Assembly: GCA_021613535.1 (NCBI GenBank)
Contig: CP075497.1
Location: forward strand, 372,001-436,000
Direction: 5' to 3'
Length of the DNA stretch: 64,000 nucleotides
Source of the DNA: Adineta vaga
Lineage: Eukaryota > Animalia > Rotifera
Below the pieces are notes generated by a model, which was not told where the DNA came from, made no database searches, and was given only the letters and a program-made list of their open reading frames with translations. This document shows, one piece after another, positions 51,551 through 61,300 of this stretch; the stretch's first letter is position 1; each line of letters begins with the position of its first letter. A program made the translations under genes and the position numbers.

Positions 51551-52124
51551 CGTTATTCTTGCCCAAATAAAAAAACAAATAGTTCTAATACTTCAAATCA
51601 CGACGATAATAGTTTCTTATTTCGCACATCCTTTATATAGGCACGTATGAATGTACTATGGTTTCGATGATCTTCATAACTATCGATGAGAAAGATAAGG
51701 AAAAACAAGGCACATCTATTATTGTACGCAATACTGAATTATACTTTAGTTCCTTATTGGATGACATTTAAAGAAAAGGGAAGTGTAAATATAATATAGT
51801 TTATCTTATGAGGATGGATACCGATCATTTTTCATGATCTATACAACGATTTTTAAAAAAGAACTGCTGGATGGAATAAAAGGGAATGATCGAAAATCAT
51901 CGATTTTTACTCACACTGCAAACAGTATATAGTGAGAGTACTCAACGAGTATATTACAAATTCGACATCCATTTTTCCAAGATCTTTTCACTTTCTTGTT
52001 ACTATCTTCTCTCATTTACAGATATTTTTCTATTGTGAAATGCTTAGATCTGAGTTAAAAGTTAGATGAAATCTTATGAATAACACTTCTACTTGTTGTT
52101 CATGAGCCAAAAAGATACTCAAAT

Positions 52125-52192
52125 TCTTGAGGATGAGGGTGGATGCGGATGTGCATGTCTATCATATACTCTCACCCACACCCACACTCAAG
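52125..52192. repeat. Telomere-like palindromic linker S17
   Basis: TCTTGAGGATGAGGGTGGATGCGGATGTG-CATGTCTATCATATACTCT-CACCCACACCCACACTCAAG. Confidence 0.85.
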
Positions 52193-52271
52193 TTGTTTAT
52201 TCTGTCATATTAAAAGTTATTGAGGATGAGTGAAAAAATGCCAATATGATGGTATTTTCATAGTCAGACAT

Positions 52272-53039
52272 TTACTGTTTCCGTAAATGTTGAGCAGCGC
52301 GATTTGCTGGTATAATTAATAAAGGAAATATCCATTTGAGCAATCGGTTAGTTAATGGATCTTGAATTCCATGTTGATCAGCTGCTGTATAAAAAGCTCC
52401 AATATCGGTGAAATATCCATATACATGTTTCGACAATGGTCGTTCGAGTTTTTGATTCAATGCACTATCTGTGACATACTGAATAAACGTGTTGTCAACA
52501 CCATTCCATTCACTTTGACCATCTCGATGAATACCATAACCAATGACTTTATTTTCCTGTACTAATTTTTCTTTAGCCGCAGATACAAGTGCATTATCAA
52601 CAATATAACTGTCGACATGACACCAACGATTTTGTTCAGTGTTAAAAACATCTGTATAGGTATGTAACACATATGTTGTTCTTGGATCTAACAATCCATC
52701 TAATATTTGCGAATTGATATCGACAAATTGTACTCGACAAGGAATATTAACAGCTCGCAACAGTGCGGCGAACAAAGATGACTTAGTATGACAATACCCG
52801 CGTCTTGAATTCAGTAGTTCCGACGCAGTTTCATTCCAGAATCGACCATTCCATCCAAATAGAATCGAATCACGAACGTAATTATGAATAAGAATAGCAT
52901 GTTCAGTTGATGAGTTGCTCTTCGATTGTTTGATAATTTCTTTTGCTAACGAAACAATATCCGGATGATGATGATCAATGTAATGTGTTGCTAACAGATC
53001 AGCTTCACTCGGAGGTAAATCATTGTTTTTTTCTGCCAT
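52272..53039 (-). CDS. Transglutaminase-like Cys-His-Asp protein, prokaryotic type
   Basis: IHNYVRDSI, GYCHTKSSLFAALLRAVNIPCR, HTYTDV, WCHVD; probable ATG at MAEKNND. Confidence 0.85.
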   Translation of the reverse strand: MAEKNNDLPPSEADLLATHYIDHHHPDIVSLAKEIIKQSKSNSSTEHAILIHNYVRDSILFGWNGRFWNETASELLNSRRGYCHTKSSLFAALLRAVNIPCRVQFVDINSQILDGLLDPRTTYVLHTYTDVFNTEQNRWCHVDSYIVDNALVSAAKEKLVQENKVIGYGIHRDGQSEWNGVDNTFIQYVTDSALNQKLERPLSKHVYGYFTDIGAFYTAADQHGIQDPLTNRLLKWIFPLLIIPANRAAQHLRKQ

Positions 53040-53539
53040 CTGACATAAATAAATATAAATGAAAAGAAAATGTAAAGAAACAAAACTCAACTCTCGATTT
53101 TATTTACGTAGGGTTTCTTAGAGCATTGGAAATATACTTTTAAAATAATAACACTTCGTTTTTCATACACAATGTCCTAAATTTCTTCTATTCTTTTTTC
53201 ATAGTCGTTGAATAATACAGTGTTATGTAATCATCGAAGCAAACAAGTTAGATTTGCCTATATTTAAGCCAATCATAAGTTTTTCATTGTTGAATTTCAT
53301 ATACATACATTTTTAGGATTTACAAATTAATTCGCATATTTCAATCAATTGGATCGTCTTATATCTTTTTCTGTTCATTGCTTGATTATTTAACTGTCGT
53401 TTTTAGTGAACAAGTACTCCAGCAAGGAAGTTTTTTGCGTGTATTTTTATAACAAATGTATGCGCAAATGACAGATGTCACTTTCAGTTACTCTTCATAT
53501 AGTACGATCATTCTGCATAACACATACACAATGACAAAA

Positions 53540-53592
53540 GAAAGAGAAAAAGTCGCACACTAACCATCTTGAAGGTATGGGTGTGGATCATG
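53540..53592. repeat. Degenerate linker S18
   Basis: AGAAAGAGAAAAAGTCGCACAC (family D-like), then AACCATCTTGAAGGTATGGGTGTGG. Confidence 0.7.
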
Positions 53593-53628
53593 CTATTCAA
53601 TATTTTTTTTATTTAGCTGATAATAATC

Positions 53629-54862
53629 TTAGATGATTAGAAATGAAATTAAAATAATTAAAACATGAAAATTATGTTTTATTTTTATTGATAAATTGTT
53701 GTATTTTTCTTCTTTTATTTGACCAGCGATGAAAACAATAGAAATTGATCGCGTATTTATAACTTCATAATTATGTTCAAGTTCTGCAATAAAACTATTG
53801 GTCAATAGTTCTTGATAATAAGTATCTTTCGTTATGTTTGATTTTTTATTATCAGATGTTGTTGTTAATATTTTACGATTGAATGTAACGATACTTTTAT
53901 ATTTCCCATGATGTTCATCTATAATTTGAATACGAATACCAGGAATACTGGCAAGAGGATATTTATCTGTTTTTCGACGCCATATTAATGTTGGTTCAGG
54001 GTTTCCTGCATATGTACATTCAATGCTTGCTTCTTCTTTCATCATATTAATCAGTTGTCTATTATGACAGCTGAGAAAACGTGAAGTAAATAAGACTTCA
54101 AGTACTTTTATAGCATGCATTTCATGATTACCTATTAAATTAGATAAAGAAAAGAGAAATCATTTTCTGTTGATTTTTCGAAAATTAACCTTCTGTAACA
54201 GTGCAACGTAATGTTGTATTATGCCAATCAGCTGATGGTATTACAGTTGCTTCCCAAGAAAGTTTTTGTGGATATATATTTGTAATTGGTATCAATGATT
54301 TTCCTTCAGAAGTAATGTCATAATGATTACGAAGAATTTTATGATTGACATATGGATAAAAATCATCAATAGTACATTCTATTATTGATTTTATATGTTC
54401 TTGCAATGGCCAACTAGGTTCAATATGCCACTTAGGTTCAGCTAATTTCATAACATGTAATTCTTTTGTTTGTTTTCCGATGACTTCTTCACAATCTGGA
54501 CAATTACATTCATATTGAGCTGTATCTTCTGTTAGTAAAGATCTTATACGTATATGATTTTTTTTAACAAATTGCAAACGTTGATGTTTATTATGTTTAA
54601 ATATATCTGGTGAATCATCAGTTGGATTTATAAGTACTCCTCGACTCATTGGCGTATGTTTACCAGTTTTACGATCAATATACCACAATTGTGGTGATTC
54701 GGTATGGTCAGTTGGATTGATTATTTCACAAAGAATTTCAAGTGTGTTATAGGGTGAATAATATTTTTCATCGGGAATAAATGTTAACTTTAATTCTGGC
54801 TTTGTTGTTTGTGCTGTATAGTTAACAATAATCGATAATAAAATAATCAATAAGAGAAACAT
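53629..54862 (-). CDS. Secreted or GPI-type immunoglobulin-domain protein, two exons
   Basis: Signal peptide; EDTAQYEC; LRCTV; CTYAGNPEPTLIW; hydrophobic C-terminus; intron about 54132-54189. Confidence 0.8.
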
Positions 54863-57019
54863 TTTTGATTATAAAATTACAACAAAGTCATCGAACATAT
54901 ATATAAATGAAGAAAGGAGAATCAAGATTTACGATATCGATGAGATAATGTAAGATTTTTTATCATTATATTTTTGTAATTGAATCCATGAGTTCTAATT
55001 ACATGGTTAAATGACAATAGCAATTGTTTTTTTTAATATTTTATCTCCAATGATGAATAATTGAGATAAAGAAAGTAAAAAAATTTAAAACAAAAACAAC
55101 ACTACCAACATACATACTAGATTCATAGATAGATGCATCTATGATCACTCTCTTCGCTTATGTAAACAAAGTTTTAGTAAAATCTGCCAAATCAGCAGAA
55201 AACTATATTAAAAGTATTGTAATTTGGTGAATAGAAACAATGTAATTTATATATGTTATTCTTTATTCGAATAAAAATTGATAATCTTTAATTATATCGC
55301 CATAAATCAACATTATTTGATTTAATTATTCGTTTCTTGGAAATGAATGATATTTTCAATTTGGACTTGTACAAGTTGAATAACTTAGAAAGATTTTATA
55401 GGTGCAAAATTGTTCATCATCATCAAAAGAACAATCCTTCTTTAAATTACATAATATAGCAGAATCAATACAAAATGACGCATTGAAATATTGCCAACGA
55501 AAAAGAACAAATGTAATAAATGATACTCGACATAATTTTCTTTCATCTGTTTCACCTAAAAAATCTACAATTCCATCACCTGCTCGTGACATTAGTAAAC
55601 ATGGTAATTTCGGTGAACTATCAGGAAAAACACAAGAATGATGAAAATCAGAACATATTGAATTAGGACAACTGATTTCATCAACATCATCTTTATATGC
55701 CCAAAGGTTGACAATTTGCTAAGTTCGTTCGTCCGTCCAATCGGATTATTCAAAGATAGTGTATATATAATGACAACAAGAATCTTCAACAAAACTAAGT
55801 TAAAGAATACGAATCTGTTATTGAAAAAAAAACAAGAAGAGAAAAATATAATTTCATCGTAAAATGTATTTCTGCTGACAAAATTAGTCGATCGTTTCTT
55901 TTGCAATATGATCACATAAGAACAAGAAAAGATCATCTCGAAAATATTAATATTAAAAAAAAACAATAAAGAATATTAGGACTTCGAATTGATTTAAAAC
56001 AATGTCATTTATTCATATATTTAGTTTCATAAAGAAATATTCAAAATAAAATTTTTTCAACATAGTTTTTTATTTTTATCTTTCAAATATTTATTATGAT
56101 CATCATAACTTTATTAAGATGTTTTTATATAAAAATATAAATTTATGACAAAATAGTATCTAAATCTTCATCATCAACAAATATTTCTTCGACATTTGCA
56201 GCTTTTTGTGTAATAAGATACTCTTTTATATTTATGTTTTATAATAAAAGAAAACGATGTTATTAACATTAAACATTTTTCTTTTTCTTTTCTATTAAAC
56301 TTGAAAGATAATCAAAACTTTTCCATAAATGAAATGAAATTTAAATAAGAATTAATATTAGGCATTAAGAAATGTTCGTTGAAAAAAATTCTCAAAAGAC
56401 AAGTAGTTTCTATCTAATATATATTATTGGGAGATCGTCGCAATCAATCAAATTATTATTTAACTCTTCCTTTATAATATCAATCTGTTCGGTTGATAAA
56501 TTATTCAACAACTAACGGATGGGCCATAAAGAACTGCCCTCTCAGTATTTTTGAATCAGGAGGTTTGACCGCCCTGCACCCAGCATCATTCAGGATTAGA
56601 TGCTTTTTACCAATATATATCTCATCATCTGCATATAAAGAAATTTAAAGGAATAAGATCGTAGCTACTTTGTGTTAGTGAACAGTGGAGGGATCCACAC
56701 ATTTTCTTGGACCCAGACTCAAATCTGATCTCTAAACCACATTTTCAGGATCAATGTAAACGCATTATATTCTTGATTAAAACACGTTCTTCATTTTGAG
56801 AGAGAAGATTTAGAGAAGGAAAATTTTGAATAAAATCTATTTGATAATAAGACAAACAAACGTGATGAAAACAGAAGTATGAATATTGACAAGAGAATAA
56901 ATGATATTTAATTTGACTTAAAAGCACATTCTAACATAAATATATCAATGTTTCTTATCAAATGAAATGATCGCTTCTTGTTCGACATTTAAATAAGAAA
57001 ATTAAATTAAACTTTTTTA

Positions 57020-57077
57020 TTGAGTGTGGGTGTGGGTATACATGAGACTATGCTCTAAATCCACACCCTCAAGATGG
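57020..57077. repeat. Telomere-like palindromic linker S19 (family C)
   Basis: TTGAGTGTGGGTGTGGGTA-TACATGAGACTATGCTCTAAA-TCCACACCCTCAAGATGG. Confidence 0.9.
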
Positions 57078-57114
57078 TATTGCCATGTAATATGATGTCG
57101 TAGATTAAAGCTAC

Positions 57115-57178
57115 GAGAGGGGTGCGTGAGGGTATCTTCCCTTCGCCTACACTGCACACTCACACCCCATCCTCATCT
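57115..57178. repeat. Degenerate linker S20
   Basis: GAGAGGGGTGCGTGAGGGTA...CACACTCACACCCCATCCTCA. Confidence 0.7.
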
Positions 57179-57414
57179 TCACGTAAAAATTCGAAATAAC
57201 ACTCGGTCTATTGGGATTTCTGTATGGTATTATCTATTTCAGAAAATAATTCATATTGACATTTAATATTCTATTTGCTTATAGAATGCATCAGATAAAG
57301 AATTAAAGACACGTTCTTTATGATTACTTACATTTAATATATTTTGTATATGTGATCATTTTAATTTATTCATTTAATGTAAAAGAACATCATCCTACAA
57401 TATATTAATTAAGA

Positions 57415-58128
57415 ATGATTCTATATATTTTAGTTATTGAAATGTTTATAAGTATGAATGCATTGTTTCATTTATATCATACGGATATGAAAATCAATTC
57501 TTCTGATGATAAACATTGTTTATATTCATTTACAATCGACAATACTTTAAGAGAATGGCAGTTAATACCATATTGTATCCGAAATAATCTTTTCAATTCT
57601 GACGATCGTGATGATCTTTGTTATGGAGATGCATATCTTGCATTTGACGAACTGAAATTGAAAGGTGTGAATAGTCATAATTTATATAACTGGAATGCAC
57701 CTATTGATATAATCAATAATTATCAGAAATATCTTAGTAATACTGATTCATCAGTTGGTATTCATTGGTATTGTAATTGTTCAGGTGAGATAATTGTGAG
57801 ACTTTTGACATTGAGGATATCAAAAAGAGAATATGTATAGATAATTGGTTTGTTATAGTCGATGTAAATATTCATTTGATCAATTTAGTGGATCAACTAC
57901 ATTCGATGAAATACTTCTATTTCAATTCGAAGAAAAACAACCCATAGGAGATAACTATGATAGTATCAATGATGTATCTCTATTGACATGTTATGAAGGA
58001 ATTCAATGTCATTCAACAATTTGTCTTGATTGGCGAGAAATTTGTAATGGAATTTTCAATTGTGAAAATGGTGAAGATGAGCCCGAAGAATGTCCTTTAC
58101 TTGAATTAAATGAATGTCAAAATAATGA
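57415..58128 (+). pseudogene. 5' fragment of LDLa-GPCR family gene, truncated at S21
   Basis: Homologous to the 16342 gene N-terminus (PYC, CNCS, CLDWREICNG, ELNEC); stops at ECQNNE. Confidence 0.8.
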
Positions 58129-58209
58129 GAGTGGTGTGGGTGAAAATGAGTTGGGTGTGTGGGCGTGGGTAGTGATCTCTTCTCTATGCACACCCATACT
58201 CACACCCTG
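58127..58209. repeat. Telomere-like palindromic linker S21 (family D, inverted)
   Basis: GTGGTGTGGGTG...GGGTGTGTGGGCGTGGGTAGTG-ATCTCTTCTCTATG-CACACCCATACTCACACCC. Confidence 0.9.
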
Positions 58210-58388
58210 CGGACGGTCAGTCCAGACAGAGTTATTTTATTTTGTCTGTAAAAACGTATACTGTAATAGGGTTCTCAAAAATAAGTGATTATTTATCAGC
58301 ACTGTAAGCGAAATATGATAGGCAAATATCGAACTCAATACGTAGAAGACAAAAAGCAGAGCGAGAGAAAAAGCGGCATGATATCTGT

Positions 58389-61300
58389 TCAAGGTATGGT
58401 TGGAACATTTCGTTCGAATGGTATTATTCGATTTCCATTAATGAATCTTCGTCTGATAGTTGGAATAAGAAATTGAAGAATAACAGTCACCATTAGTGGG
58501 ACAATAAACTTGTAAACCTTTGTCAATCCACCAATTAATCCGATCACTTCTGTTATAATATAAATGAGACTACCGCGAGCAATATACGTAGCAATGCAAC
58601 TAGTCGGCTCACATTGATTAAAATAACTTTCGTACGATGTTTGATTATCCCATATTTCAACCATCAAGTTTGAAACGATTTCCAATAGTGGACTGGTTGA
58701 TTGATAACGTGTTGAATTTGGATCTAAGACAATACTAGATGCATGAACGTTGAGATCTAGATTGTCGCTTAGCTCTTTTAAACATTCAACATCAAAGAAA
58801 CATCTCAGATCACTTCGCAATACAGCTGCGACCATGTAACAGCCAACATACACTCCTGTTAAAAGACAAAAATTATTTCCTCAATGAAGTCTATTCACAG
58901 ATACACAAATATACCTGGTATACGGAAAAGCGCAGTCTTCGCACGTATATCATAGACTATTGCCTGTTGCACACACCACGCTGCTTGCTGACAATCACAT
59001 TTAACTCCAGTAATAGACGAATTGTAAATTTGATCTTGTCTGTCATAGGCATAAACATAATCATAATAAAGTGTTTCATAAGTGTACTCTGGAAATTGAG
59101 TCAGGATTGAATCAGTGGACAATGCTGACATTAACATATTTCCATGTGTCATATTATTATTCAGAAGAAGTGTACTAGTGAATGATCGAGCTGTATTTTC
59201 AATGAATTGAGTGATGAATTGATTTATTTGAACGTTGAACTGCTGTTTGAAAATCAAATTTGGTGTTATAAAAGCTGTCGATTTAAATGTCAACAGTTTT
59301 GTGTTGATTGTTTGTACGGATAGCTGACAAAAGTCATTGATCACTTGAAAAAAAGGACTTGCAATATTCCGAAAATCGTCGACATTAGTATCGACATAAG
59401 TAAAAAAGCCATAAGTGCCTTTTACACTTGGATAATCGACTGTTACCCATGGCGAGCTAGAATTGATAAAATCACTTGAGCAAACTGAATGTAGACTTGT
59501 TGGCTGTAATGAAATGAAGTTTTGATATTCGACTGATAGCCTTTTACATGGGCATTGAACTGATTGTTGATACTGTTGGTAGAGTGAGTTGAATTGAGCT
59601 ATGTTGGGGTTGTTGATTGTAACAGTATATGTTATATTCTGAAGAGAATCATAGCCAATCAACACGATGAGTGTAAGAAAAAGTAAAAGAACGAAGACAC
59701 GCGTTGAAATACGTTGCAGTTTCAGTTGATCTCTGGACCGTCTGTGTGGATTTTTAAATAAGTTGAAATCAAAAATAATTGTTTTAACCAACGTTAATAA
59801 GTGTTGAAAACGGTTAGCCCTTATGTTGACTGTGGTAGTTGCTAGAATGAAGCAGAAAATGTTAGCATCGGGTGCACATTTTGACAGTATCTTTCAAATC
59901 AACATGATGGCGCAGAGAAATAAACTCCCCACATCATTCAAGCTTTTTCGATTCGGATTCTCTCTACGAATTGTCCTCTATGTATAAGTGACTGGGCTAG
60001 GTGAAAAATTGAATTTGCCGTCGATCGTTGTTATTTTGAACGTATGTCATTTATAAAAGTGAAAATTTTTCGAGATATTCGGATTCTTGTGTTCTGTGAC
60101 ATGCATCTTTTGCCCTATGTTTGGTCTCTGGAAAGTTCTCTTTGGGCAAAATGCGACTATAGAAAATCCAATCCAGGACTTGTGGACTTATTGGAATCAT
60201 TTTCGTCATTGAGTTAACAATGACAGTAAGGGCGTAGATACAATTGCTTTTCATGATTTAAACAAGTGTACTTCGTCGCATACACGGAGCAGTCTTCATG
60301 ACTTACTGACATCATGTGTGCTTGAAAGAGAGAGAGAGAGAGCTATTCGGAAATTTTGAAGAAGTGTCGCATAGAATTTTCTTGGTTGGCTTAATGGCAC
60401 TACTGATTGAAGAAGACGATTTCGAAAGCTTTCAGATACTTTAAACTGTTCGAAATTATAACAAGCTGCTTCAACCACATCCTCAAGATGGTTTTAGTGC
60501 TGATCTATACCCGCGAAAATTCTAGTATATCGAAGGAAACAACCTACCATTGATGGATGACCTTTGACGGAACGAATACTTATCAATGCAGAATCAAATT
60601 ATGTATTTGATTCGATCATGTAGCACGACAGCACAAGTCACAACAGTTGTCCCGGAATAAATGTTCCTCTCACTATTTAACAGATCTCTAGCTCAAATGA
60701 AACGTATACTCGAAATTTTTCGAAATATGTCCCATAAAAGTTTTTACAGAGCCTTGGGAGACGAGTTTCTGTCACGCATGAGTTTGAGATGATATCGAGT
60801 CAACACTACAATGCTAAATTTGTGGACCTGATCATGTCACTTCTTGTCGCTAGACAGATACGAGACCTCACTGTAATGCCGTTTTTCCATGTCTTGAGCG
60901 TTCTCTTCCGATGAAAACGACAAAGAATATCATTACCCTTCAACTCGGTAAAATATTTGAATCTGTACTAATTTTCGTTTAAATATAACAAAATTTAACA
61001 AATGCAAACTATCTCAGAGAAAGGCCTTAGAAAGTCGAAATGGGGACCAATTAACAGGCTTTCTTCAGGTAAACTCACTATGTGTCTTCAGAAAAAATCC
61101 GCTTACTTAACAAAGCTCTTCACGGGTTACACACCGGCCTGTGAATTATTTCGTAGCGTGGGCTCGATGTAACTCCATATTCATTTATGGGAGAAACAGT
61201 TATTCTGGGACAACCGTTAGAGCGAATCGATTGGTAATGAACCATACATCTCGTACTTACCATTTTCTTGTTCAAAATGGATTGGTGGTCGCTTCTTTCG

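Noticed and set aside
55338-55966. LDLa-like text (LCNLKKDCSFDDDEQFC)
   Set aside because: Too fragmentary to define a gene; at most a decayed remnant.
6375-60494. CRISPR-like reading of the repeat-spacer linkers
   Set aside because: Units are dispersed kilobases apart, arms are inverted rather than direct, spacers recur rather than being unique, and there are no cas genes in a eukaryotic context.
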